Below are positions 1 to 8,349 of a DNA stretch of 25,662 bases, in pieces. The notes below the pieces were generated by a model. It was not told the origin of the DNA. It ran no database searches and worked only from the letters and a program-made list of their open reading frames with translations. Source of the DNA: a virus (lineage: Duplodnaviria; Caudoviricetes). Both the position numbers and the translations under genes were made by a program. Every line of letters begins with the position of its first letter. The stretch's first letter is position 1. Where the stretch lies: IMG/VR virus record IMGVR_UViG_3300008085_000114, positions 1 to 25,662 of that record; one strand, given 5' to 3'.

Positions 1-1
1 A

Positions 2-154
2 GACAGACACATGAACAAACGATTCGACAAACTTGAAGAGGGTGTCGGAGAAGTGAAGGGCTATCTTCTTCGTATTGTTTGGGTTATTATCATGGGTATT
101 ATAGGATCATTAATGACATTTCTAATTCAAGGGGGCTTTAATGTTGTCCCGTGA
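2..154 (+). CDS. Partial small membrane protein, holin-like (5' end probably outside window)
   Basis: Frame from base 2 reads DRHMNKRFDKLEEGVGEVKGYLLRIVWVIIMGIIGSLMTFLIQGGFNVVP*: a coiled-coil-like stretch plus one TM helix, directly upstream of the endolysin cassette. Confidence 0.5.
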   Translation, partial: DRHMNKRFDKLEEGVGEVKGYLLRIVWVIIMGIIGSLMTFLIQGGFNVVP

Positions 155-572
155 AAAACAGCTTCATAGATTTTTAAGTTTTCCGATTCTTTATCTTTTG
201 ATACTACTCGGATTTATTCCTATCATGTGGCCTATATTTTCACAGTATGAAGGAGAATATTTTCCAGTCATAAAAAATGTTCAGATTTCTGATACAAAAG
301 AAATTGAGACAGGATTAGTTATTTCACTTTCATTTGATAAAGTTAGATCATGTGAATTTGTTGGATTATCTTGGTTCAATCAAATTAGAAATAGAATCAT
401 AATTCAATTTGAATCTACATCAGCTTCTTTACCATATTCAAGACCAGTTTATAATAATCAAAAAGCTGGTCCATGGGAATTAACTGGTTTGAAGAGTTTA
501 GAAAACACAATAGCGATAGTAAGCCATAGATGCCATCCTTTGTGGATTACACATACTAAATTCTATCCATAG
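141..572 (+). CDS. Hypothetical membrane-anchored protein in lysis cassette
   Basis: 143-aa ORF with an N-terminal hydrophobic helix (FLSFPILYLLILLGFIPIMWPIF) and two Cys in the soluble domain; lies between the holin-like gene and the endolysin. Confidence 0.7.
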   Translation: MLSREKQLHRFLSFPILYLLILLGFIPIMWPIFSQYEGEYFPVIKNVQISDTKEIETGLVISLSFDKVRSCEFVGLSWFNQIRNRIIIQFESTSASLPYSRPVYNNQKAGPWELTGLKSLENTIAIVSHRCHPLWITHTKFYP

Positions 573-581
573 GAGTGAGAT

Positions 582-1391
582 ATGAAAGATAATCTAGAAA
601 CTGCGACTAATTGGATTTTAGTTCATGAAGGTGGTTATGTGAATCACCCAGACGATCCAGGTGGTGCAACGAATAAAGGTATTATACAGACAACCTATGA
701 TGCTTTCAGGCGCAGAAAAGGTTTGAAAAGTCGATCTGTTAAGAGCATCACAAACTCAGAAGTTTTAGAAATCTACAAAGATCAGTATTGGGACAAAGTT
801 TGGGGTGATCATCTACCAAATGGTCTAGACTATGCAATGTATGATTTTGCAATCAATTCAGGCCCAAGTAGAGCAATAAAATTTCTCCAAGAACTAGTTC
901 ATGTTAAAGCTGATGGAATTCTTGGAAATATTACTCTCGATGCAATTAGATCCAGTGATAATATTGAATCACTTATAACAGATTTATGTTATAAGCGTTG
1001 GGGATGGTTGAAAAGACTCAGACATTACAAGACTTTCGGTAAAGGTTGGACTCGTCGTGTAATGGGAGAGGAAGAAGGTTTTCAGGAAAGAGATATCGGA
1101 GTTATTGATAGAGCAGTAATGCTTTATAGAAAAGATTTGAATATTCCTGCCCCCAGAAAAGTTAATGATGGCTCTAATCAGAAAACTGATGATGAGCCTT
1201 TGTCTCGAACTGAAGAAGTAAAAGATGGTCTAACTCTAGACAATGCAGCTAAAATCGGTGCTGGTTCTCTTCCTGCATGGATGACGGCTGCTGCTGCACT
1301 TCCTGAAGGTCCATTACAGTGGGCATTCGCTGCTGGTGCTGTCATGGTGTTTGGAATAGTTGCATTCTGGCTAGTCAAGCGATTGCGCTAA
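582..1391 (+). CDS. Endolysin, glycoside hydrolase family 108 (TtsA-like) with peptidoglycan-binding domain and hydrophobic C-terminal extension
   Basis: HEGGYVNHPDDPGGATNKGI catalytic motif, YW..DFAINSGP, ADGILGNITL, FGKGWTRRV; SD AGGAG upstream. Confidence 0.92.
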   Translation: MKDNLETATNWILVHEGGYVNHPDDPGGATNKGIIQTTYDAFRRRKGLKSRSVKSITNSEVLEIYKDQYWDKVWGDHLPNGLDYAMYDFAINSGPSRAIKFLQELVHVKADGILGNITLDAIRSSDNIESLITDLCYKRWGWLKRLRHYKTFGKGWTRRVMGEEEGFQERDIGVIDRAVMLYRKDLNIPAPRKVNDGSNQKTDDEPLSRTEEVKDGLTLDNAAKIGAGSLPAWMTAAAALPEGPLQWAFAAGAVMVFGIVAFWLVKRLR

Positions 1392-1644
1392 GTATGGTCA
1401 GTATGGTCAGGAAGAAAAATGTAAACCATTGTCTAGCATACATAAAACTTCACTGACCATACTTGACACACATGCCGCACACAATTTGCAAGCCAAGGCT
1501 ATCAGCTATTTCCTGGCAACCTAAAAACAGTATGACAAGTATGGTAAGTATGGTCAGTGACAAATTAACCCAATAGAGACAAGCACTTAGAATGGTCATA
1601 CTTTATTTCTTTTTGATTTTCAAAGTATGGTAAGTATGGTCAGG
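1390..1644. repeat. Cluster of nine 9-bp AGTATG(G/A)(T/C)(C/A) repeats in tandem and inverted arrangement; candidate replication origin iterons
   Basis: + strand copies at 1391, 1400, 1529, 1538, 1547, 1624 and 1633; - strand copies at 1455-1463 and 1594-1602. 21-bp direct repeat 1537-1557/1623-1643; 15-bp perfect inverted repeat 1450-1464/1546-1560. Confidence 0.85.
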
Positions 1645-1660
1645 ATAAATGGAACTAGTC

Positions 1661-1689
1661 GTGCCTGTTTACTTGGGCTAGTATAAAAT
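1661..1689 (+). promoter_or_regulatory. Putative sigma70-like promoter for helicase operon
   Basis: GTGCCT-17 bp-TAAAAT followed by SD AAGGAG and ATG at 1706. Confidence 0.5.
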
Positions 1690-1705
1690 TAGAAAAGGAG
1701 CAAAT

Positions 1706-3175
1706 ATGGATATTCATAGCTACCCGCATCAAATAGAGCCTTTTTCTCATCAAAGAAAACACTTAGAAAATCATATGATGAAAAAGTCATGGGGTTTATT
1801 GTGGGAACAGGGAACAGCAAAAACGAAACCTATTATTGATACAGCTTCAATCATGTATATGAATGGAGAAATCAATGGTTTACTAGTTGTCGCTCCTCCA
1901 GGAGTTGAGCGCAATTGGAACACAGATGAAATTCCAGCACATATGCCTCCAGAAGTTGCATTAGAGACAATGGTGCAAGTTTTTAAAACTGCGAAAAAAG
2001 GAACACAGCACCATAAAAGATCCATGAATAGTTTATTCAATCATAATGGTCTTGCTGTTCTTTTGATGAGCTATAATGCTTTCATGACAAAAGAAGGTAA
2101 AGAGCTTGTATGGAAATTTCTAAAGAATAAAGAAGTTCTTTATGTTCTTGATGAGGCACATAATATCAAGTCACCTGCTGCAAAGAGAACAAAATCTATA
2201 GTTGCATCTGCAAAATATGCTAAGTATAGAAGAATTCTAACTGGAACTCCAATGTCAGTCGGCCCATTTGATTTGTATAGTCAAATCCGTTTTCTTGACG
2301 AGTGGTTTTGGAAGAATAAAGGTATTCATGGAACTGTAGAATTTCGAAACTATTTTGGGCGATGGTTCACTGCTGCTGATTGTAAGAAATTACATGGTTA
2401 TGATCCAGGATATGACAAACTAATTGAGTATCAAAATCTTGATAAATTAGAATCTTGGCTTTCAGAAATTACTGATCGCGTTTTGAAAGATGATGTTCTT
2501 GATCTGCCTCCGAAACTTTATCAAAAACGATATTTTGAAATGTCTCATGAGATGCGTGTTTCATATGAACAACTTAAAGAAGAGATGATGTTGGAAATCG
2601 GTGATACTTTAATCACAGCAGAACTTCCAATTGTTATGCTTCTACGACTTCAACAAATTACATGCAATTATGTTCCTGTTGGAGAAGACGAACCAGTCCA
2701 CATGTTTTCAAAACAAAATCCTAGAATGAATGTGATGGAAGCAATCCGTGATGAGACTTATAGTCCTGGAATTGTTTGGGCTAGATTCCGTCATGATATT
2801 GATCAAATCATGGATCTATTAGGTAAGAATGCTGTTCGTTATGATGGAGCTGTTGATGATGATACTGCTGAAAGAAATAAGCTCGCTTTCCAAAAAGGTG
2901 ATGTTCAGTGGTTCGTTGGTAATGCTCAAAAGGGCGGTTCTGGTCTGACTCTAACTCAAGCAAAGACAATGGTTTATTATTCTAATTCTTTTAGACTAAT
3001 AGATCGACTTCAATCTGAAGATCGCGCACACCGCGGAGGCATGGACGAGCATCCAGTCAATTATATTGATATCATGAGTGATGCTCATATTGATGAACAT
3101 ATCGTCACTAATTTACGCAATAAACGTGATGTTTCTGCAAAAATCCTTGGCGACAATCTCAAGGAGTGGATATGA
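1706..3175 (+). CDS. SNF2-family (SF2) DNA helicase
   Basis: Motif I variant WEQGTAKT, motif II LDEAH, motif III LTGTP, LRLQQI, motif V GLTLT, motif VI QSEDRAHR. Confidence 0.92.
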   Translation: MDIHSYPHQIEPFSHQRKHLENHMMKKSWGLLWEQGTAKTKPIIDTASIMYMNGEINGLLVVAPPGVERNWNTDEIPAHMPPEVALETMVQVFKTAKKGTQHHKRSMNSLFNHNGLAVLLMSYNAFMTKEGKELVWKFLKNKEVLYVLDEAHNIKSPAAKRTKSIVASAKYAKYRRILTGTPMSVGPFDLYSQIRFLDEWFWKNKGIHGTVEFRNYFGRWFTAADCKKLHGYDPGYDKLIEYQNLDKLESWLSEITDRVLKDDVLDLPPKLYQKRYFEMSHEMRVSYEQLKEEMMLEIGDTLITAELPIVMLLRLQQITCNYVPVGEDEPVHMFSKQNPRMNVMEAIRDETYSPGIVWARFRHDIDQIMDLLGKNAVRYDGAVDDDTAERNKLAFQKGDVQWFVGNAQKGGSGLTLTQAKTMVYYSNSFRLIDRLQSEDRAHRGGMDEHPVNYIDIMSDAHIDEHIVTNLRNKRDVSAKILGDNLKEWI

Positions 3176-3510
3176 CTGTTTATGTAGTCCAGCAACAAAT
3201 GAAATTTGATCAAGTGAAAAAAGAACTTGTTCCTCGTTTCATAAGTATTAATAAAGCAGAAAAATGGGGGGAGATACAATATCTTCTTTCTCCTAGTGCT
3301 CATCCTTTTAATCCTGAACTTGTGCTTGGTGATCTTCATGAAAAACTATCCGGTTTTTCTGATGATGATTTCCTCTTACTCATCGGCAATCCAGGTTTAA
3401 TTGGAATGGCAACTGCTCTAGCATCTCACTATAATGATGGTAGAGTTAAATTTCTTCAATGGAGTGGTAGACATAATGAATATACTGAAATCATAGTTAA
3501 GATCTATTAG
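3172..3510 (+). CDS. Hypothetical phage protein
   Basis: ATG 3172 overlaps the helicase stop (ATGA), with SD AAGGAG; 112 aa; DDFLLLIGNP motif. Confidence 0.8.
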   Translation: MTVYVVQQQMKFDQVKKELVPRFISINKAEKWGEIQYLLSPSAHPFNPELVLGDLHEKLSGFSDDDFLLLIGNPGLIGMATALASHYNDGRVKFLQWSGRHNEYTEIIVKIY

Positions 3511-3521
3511 ACAAATATTGC

Positions 3522-3550
3522 TTGTCTTTTTACAGGGCTACTAGTAATTT
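3522..3550 (+). promoter_or_regulatory. Putative sigma70-like promoter
   Basis: TTGTCT-17 bp-TAATTT in the intergenic gap before ORF 3575. Confidence 0.55.
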
Positions 3551-3574
3551 AGTCAGGCTAGTAGGGGACATCTA

Positions 3575-4126
3575 ATGGATGAATATGCAGCTTTTCGTGA
3601 TAAACCAAGCAGCAATTTAACAACTGTTCTAAGACAGTTAGCTGATGAGTATTTAGCAGCAGAAACTGAAATAATTCAAATCGAAGCAAAATTAGAATTT
3701 GCAAAATCTGTTATGAAAGATATTGCAGAAGTTCGTATTCCACAAGCAACTGATGGCATGGATGGAAAATTCAATCTAGGTGATGGAAGAGAACTTCAAG
3801 TAAAAGAAGAAATTAGATCAAGCATTGCTGGTGATAAACGTATTCCAGCTATAAACTGGCTTGATGAACATGATTATGGTCATATTGTCAAGCGAGAAGT
3901 AATTATTGAGTTTGGTAAAGGTGAAACAGAAAGAACAGAAGCCTTTCTAAAAGCGTTGAAATCTATTGAAAAAGAACTCGGAACATTGGTTGTGAAAACA
4001 AATTTCACTGTGCATCATGCAACTCTCAACTCTTGGGTTAAAGAACAACTTAGTGAAGGAGTTAATCTTCCAGTTGATATTTTCGGAATTTTCCGCCAAA
4101 GAACAGCGAAAGTCAAAGAATTGTAA
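3575..4126 (+). CDS. Conserved phage replication-module protein (coiled-coil N-terminus)
   Basis: 183-aa ORF; the WL..H.YG.IVK and VHHATL.SWVKE motifs resemble a family that precedes SSB-like genes in SNF2/PolA siphoviruses. Confidence 0.8.
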   Translation: MDEYAAFRDKPSSNLTTVLRQLADEYLAAETEIIQIEAKLEFAKSVMKDIAEVRIPQATDGMDGKFNLGDGRELQVKEEIRSSIAGDKRIPAINWLDEHDYGHIVKREVIIEFGKGETERTEAFLKALKSIEKELGTLVVKTNFTVHHATLNSWVKEQLSEGVNLPVDIFGIFRQRTAKVKEL

Positions 4127-4195
4127 TCCTGCTCAACTAGGATAGTGTTGAGGCTGACCGCTGGTCATGTAACAAGAACCGATAGCCTATAGGAG
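4126..4195 (+). promoter_or_regulatory. Structured mRNA leader: predicted H-type pseudoknot plus hairpin upstream of putative SSB
   Basis: S1 ATCCT 4126-4130/AGGAT 4139-4143; S2 CTCAAC 4132-4137/GTTGAG 4147-4152; hairpin TGACC-GCT-GGTCA 4155-4167; SD AGGAG 4191-4195. Confidence 0.5.
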
Positions 4196-4201
4196 CCCAA
4201 A

Positions 4202-5065
4202 ATGGCTGGCAAAACAGAAGTAGCAGAAGTGAAAAACGCACAAGTTGCATCATATGATTATGGTGAACACGCGCACGAAGGATTCGAAGGAACAACAATT
4301 GCTGATCTTTCAATTCCTTTTATCAAGATCATGCAATCAAATTCTCCAGAAGTTGAGGACGAGCTAGTTCCAGGAATTAAAGCTGGTGATTTGGTTAACT
4401 CAGTTTCAAAAGAAATTATCAAACAACCTGTCATTGTTCAACCAGTTTTCAAAGAATCTGCTGTTGTTGAATGGATTCCTCGGAATAAAGGTGGTGGGAT
4501 TGCTTCACGTCATGAAATTGATAGTGAAATCTATCTTGAAGCTATCAAGAAAAATAATGGATCTCGTATTCCACCTAAAGATGCAGACGGTAAACGAATT
4601 CCATTCAAATCTCCAGAAAATAATGATCTCGTTGAAACATACTATGTATATTGTCTGATTCTTGATCAAACTGGAGAAAGTGTTGAAGGTTTTTGTGTGT
4701 TGAGCTTCGCATCAACAAACATTAAAGTCTACAAAGATTGGTTGACATCGATGTATTCCATCAAAGGTGCTCCTCCAATTTATGCAAACAGATGCAAAGT
4801 TTCTACAGCAAAGCAGAAAAATGCTGATGGAACCTTTTTCACTTTTGCAATCAATCCACTCGCAGACAATTATAGAGAGTCTCTTATTAACCCCGGAACC
4901 GATGAAGGTAAAGCACTTCTCGAAGAAGGTCGTGAATTTGGGAAAATGATTGATAATGGTTTGGCTCGGGCTGATCATGATAGTATGAAAGGTGATACTG
5001 TTGATGTAAATGCACCGAGTGGCACAAAAGATGCGAGCTCTGATGACGAAGAGATGCCGTTCTAA
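4202..5065 (+). CDS. Putative single-stranded DNA-binding protein
   Basis: 287 aa; GFE....DLSIPFIKIMQSNSPEV N-terminal motif; acidic C-terminal tail SSDDEEMPF resembling the bacterial SSB tail DDDIPF; located in the replication module. Confidence 0.65.
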   Translation: MAGKTEVAEVKNAQVASYDYGEHAHEGFEGTTIADLSIPFIKIMQSNSPEVEDELVPGIKAGDLVNSVSKEIIKQPVIVQPVFKESAVVEWIPRNKGGGIASRHEIDSEIYLEAIKKNNGSRIPPKDADGKRIPFKSPENNDLVETYYVYCLILDQTGESVEGFCVLSFASTNIKVYKDWLTSMYSIKGAPPIYANRCKVSTAKQKNADGTFFTFAINPLADNYRESLINPGTDEGKALLEEGREFGKMIDNGLARADHDSMKGDTVDVNAPSGTKDASSDDEEMPF

Positions 5066-5078
5066 GTTATGAATGGTT

Positions 5079-5121
5079 GTGGGCATAGTGGATGAGGACT
5101 CTGCTATGCCTACTCTTTTTT
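5079..5121 (+). terminator. Intrinsic terminator-like hairpin after the SSB gene
   Basis: 14-bp stem GTGGGCATAGTGGA/TCTGCTATGCCTAC (with G-U pairs), 7-nt loop, followed by TCTTTTTT. Confidence 0.7.
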
Positions 5122-5135
5122 ATCAGGAGAAAATC

Positions 5136-6386
5136 ATGAAATTTTCACCACAGCAAAACGCTGCCTTGAAAGCTGTTCACGAATGGTATAATAAGAGTGA
5201 TAAACAAGTTTTCCGTTTCTTTGGGTATGCAGGAACTGGAAAAACTACATTAGCAAAACACATCGCCGAAGGAATTGGTGGAAATGTTTTGTTCGCAGCA
5301 TATACTGGAAAAGCTGCTCATGTTTTACAGACAAAAGGCTGCGGTCAAGCATCAACAATTCATTCCTTGATATATATCAGTCGTGATAAATCTAAACAAC
5401 ATCTAGAAAATCTACAAAAACAACTCAATGAATTATTGATATCTCTTAAAGATATGACGCAAGAGTTTATTAATGATCACCAAAAGGTAAGGGCTCTGCA
5501 AAGAGATATTGAAACAGAAGCTAAAAATGCGAATCAACCAATGTTCATTCTCAACACAGAGAGTGAAGTTAAAAATGCAGACATGATTGTTATTGATGAA
5601 TGTTCTATGGTTGATTCTGTTATGGGTCTAGATCTATTGTCTTTTGGAACACCAATTCTTGTTCTTGGTGATCCTGCTCAATTACCTCCAGTTGGTGCTG
5701 CTGGCTTCTTTACTGAGAATGTAAAACCAGACATAATGTTAGACGAAATTCATAGACAAGCAAAAGAAAGTCCTGTCATAAGAATGGCGACAGATGTTCG
5801 TGAAGGTAAAACTTTACAACTTGGTGATTGGGGAAATGATTGTCATGTTATGCCGTTCGGAACAAAGCTAGATCAGAAAAGAGTTTTATCGTTTGATCAA
5901 CTTCTAGTTGGTAAAAACAAAACTCGTCATGCTATGAATTCAAGAGTTCGTAAGTTTCTTGGGCATGAAGGCGAATACCCAATAATCTCAGACCGTTTAG
6001 TTTGCCTTAGAAATAATTCTGAGCTAGGCTTACTGAATGGTGCTCTTTTCGACGTCACTGGAATGACTGGTGTGATGGACGGAAAAGTTCACATGACTGT
6101 TCGTTCAGCAGATGATCCAATGAAGAGTGATGTAGAAGTAGCAGCTTTAGAACATCATTTTCTTGGTAGAGGAAAAGAGTTAGATACTCAATATTGGCTT
6201 CGTTCTGAAGGTCAAGAATTTGATTATGGTTATGCTCTAACAGTTCATAAATCTCAAGGTTCACAATGGGATTCTGTTGCTGTTTTTGATGAAAGTTGGG
6301 GACCAAGAAAAGAAAGACAACGCTGGCTCTATACAGCAATAACCCGAGCGGCTGAAAAAGTTACAGTCGTTGATATGCATAGCTAA
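5136..6386 (+). CDS. RecD/Dda-like SF1B DNA helicase
   Basis: GYAGTGKTT Walker A, AAYTGKAA, TIHSLIY, IVIDECSMV, GDPAQLPPV, HRQA, YALTVHKSQGS, YTAITRA. The start is placed at ATG 5136 (SD AGGAG), not 5073, because 5079-5121 is a terminator hairpin. Confidence 0.92.
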   Translation: MKFSPQQNAALKAVHEWYNKSDKQVFRFFGYAGTGKTTLAKHIAEGIGGNVLFAAYTGKAAHVLQTKGCGQASTIHSLIYISRDKSKQHLENLQKQLNELLISLKDMTQEFINDHQKVRALQRDIETEAKNANQPMFILNTESEVKNADMIVIDECSMVDSVMGLDLLSFGTPILVLGDPAQLPPVGAAGFFTENVKPDIMLDEIHRQAKESPVIRMATDVREGKTLQLGDWGNDCHVMPFGTKLDQKRVLSFDQLLVGKNKTRHAMNSRVRKFLGHEGEYPIISDRLVCLRNNSELGLLNGALFDVTGMTGVMDGKVHMTVRSADDPMKSDVEVAALEHHFLGRGKELDTQYWLRSEGQEFDYGYALTVHKSQGSQWDSVAVFDESWGPRKERQRWLYTAITRAAEKVTVVDMHS

Positions 6387-6398
6387 AGGAAAAATCCA

Positions 6399-8240
6399 AT
6401 GGAGTCAAGACGAATGTATGGTCCACAAAATCCCGATTGTGATCTAGTTCATGCAGAAAAATACCGTGGAGAAAACGAAAGTTTCCGTGAAGCTGCTAAT
6501 CGGTGGTCTGGTTTTTTGCAAGACGGTCACGAACACTATATGGCATTTCGCGAAATCAGTATTGATCAACGCTTTATGCCTCCGGGTCGAGTTCAAGCAG
6601 GGGCAGGTTCTCTTAAAAATGTAACTCTCTATAATTGTTTCGTAATGGCAACAATTCATGATAGTTTCACTGATGGACCAACTCAAGCAGAACTAGACAT
6701 TCTAAAACCTGGAATGCATGATCCACTTTCTATTATGGATACTGCTAAGAATGCTGCTATCACAATGCGACAGGGCGGTGGTGTAGGGTATGACATTAGC
6801 ACATTACGTCCTTCTGGAGATCTTATCAGAGGCGTTCAGAGCACCACAGACGGTCCTCTTGCATTTGCACCTATATATGATGCCATATGCAAAGCAACTT
6901 CCTCTGCTGGCAACAGACGCGGCGCACAAATGCTAGTGATGAGAATTGATCATCCTGATATTGAAGCATTCATTCGTGCAAAGCAAGTTTCAGATGACTC
7001 AGTTCCATGGGAGTTTCGTCCACTTCGTGGTTTCAATATGTCAGTTGCTGTTACAGACAAATTCATGGAATGTCTCGCAAGTAATAAACCTTTTCCACTG
7101 CAATTTGGTGGTAGAGTTTATCGCGAAGTAGATCCACATGCTTTGTGGGACATGATTATGCGAGGAACATATGATTGGGCAGAACCTGGAGTTCTTTTTA
7201 TCGATCAAATCAATCGCATGAATAATCTCTATTATTGTGAAACTATTGCAGCAACAAATCCATGTGGTGAACAACCTCTGCCTCCGTATGGTGCATGTCT
7301 CTTGGGTAGTTTCAATTGGGTAAAATATCTTCATAAAGATGCTGAAGGAAAGTTCTGGTTTGACTTTGATCAAATGGAAATAGATATTCCACATGTTGTT
7401 CGAGCAATGGACAATGTAGTTGATCGGAGCCGTTATCCACTACCGCAACAACGCATTGAAGCCCAAAGGAAACGACGTATGGGCCTCGGTCATACTGGTG
7501 TTGCAAATGCTCTAGAAGCTATGGGTTTTCCATATGGATCTCCAGAATTTCTTGATAAGCAAGATCAAATTATGTCTTTCATCACAAATAAGTGTTATCG
7601 GGCATCTGCGATTCTTGCTGGTGAAAAAGGTTCTTTCCCACTATATGACGAAGATCGCTATATGGCTGGTGAATTTGTTAGTGGTTTGTGGGAAGAAACA
7701 AAAGACTTGATTCGTAAGTTTGGAATGAGAAACTCTCATCTTACAAGTATCGCTCCAACAGGAACAATCTCATTCACTGCTGATAACGTATCATCAGGTA
7801 TTGAACCAGTTCTCGATTATGAGCAGTCACGTCGTGTTATTATTCCAGGTGGTCATCGTATAATCACAGTTGCTGATTATGGTGTTGCTCATCTTGGTGT
7901 TAAAGGCAAGACAGTAGTCTCTGGACTAATTACTCCAGCAGAACATATTGGAGTTCTCTGCACAGCTCAAATGAGTATTGATGCTGCCTGTTCAAAAACA
8001 GTGAATATTCCCACAAATACTAGCTTCAAAGATTTCAAAGACATCTACACGATGGCTTATAACAATGGAGCAAAAGGCTGCACCACATATCGTCCAGCAG
8101 GAAAATATGATGAGCCTATTCAATCTTCAAAGAAAGAAGTTATTGCTGAACGTGATGCTTTGATATCTTTAGAATACGGAGAAGCATGTGGTTTTAATCC
8201 AGAAACAGGTCAAAGAACAGGTGCTTGTGCAGAAGACTAA
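6399..8240 (+). CDS. nrdJ: Class II (adenosylcobalamin-dependent) ribonucleotide reductase
   Basis: NCFV, GGGVGYDISTLRP, RRGAQM, TNPCGEQPL, ACLLGS, IAPTGTIS, C-terminal Cys pair. No ATP cone and no adjacent beta subunit. Confidence 0.9.
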   Translation: MESRRMYGPQNPDCDLVHAEKYRGENESFREAANRWSGFLQDGHEHYMAFREISIDQRFMPPGRVQAGAGSLKNVTLYNCFVMATIHDSFTDGPTQAELDILKPGMHDPLSIMDTAKNAAITMRQGGGVGYDISTLRPSGDLIRGVQSTTDGPLAFAPIYDAICKATSSAGNRRGAQMLVMRIDHPDIEAFIRAKQVSDDSVPWEFRPLRGFNMSVAVTDKFMECLASNKPFPLQFGGRVYREVDPHALWDMIMRGTYDWAEPGVLFIDQINRMNNLYYCETIAATNPCGEQPLPPYGACLLGSFNWVKYLHKDAEGKFWFDFDQMEIDIPHVVRAMDNVVDRSRYPLPQQRIEAQRKRRMGLGHTGVANALEAMGFPYGSPEFLDKQDQIMSFITNKCYRASAILAGEKGSFPLYDEDRYMAGEFVSGLWEETKDLIRKFGMRNSHLTSIAPTGTISFTADNVSSGIEPVLDYEQSRRVIIPGGHRIITVADYGVAHLGVKGKTVVSGLITPAEHIGVLCTAQMSIDAACSKTVNIPTNTSFKDFKDIYTMAYNNGAKGCTTYRPAGKYDEPIQSSKKEVIAERDALISLEYGEACGFNPETGQRTGACAED

Positions 8241-8267
8241 TTATTTCTGATTTTTGATAAATAACAC

Positions 8268-8296
8268 TTGTGGTCAGAAGTTCGATACAGTAATGT
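8268..8296 (+). promoter_or_regulatory. Putative sigma70-like promoter within a 12-bp inverted repeat
   Basis: TTGTGG-17 bp-TAATGT; ACTTGTGGTCAG 8266-8277 matches the reverse complement of CTGGCCACAAGT 8304-8315 at 11/12 positions. Confidence 0.55.
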
Positions 8297-8349
8297 TCTA
8301 ATACTGGCCACAAGTAGTGAGCCACTATATCTCAGAAATGGAGTCACAG

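Noticed and set aside
1390-1644. Repeat cluster as a CRISPR array
   Set aside because: Units are 9 bp, occur in tandem and in both orientations with irregular spacing; no cas genes.
5073-5135. N-terminal extension of the RecD-like helicase given by the ORF track
   Set aside because: Overlaps a terminator hairpin; a strong SD precedes ATG 5136.
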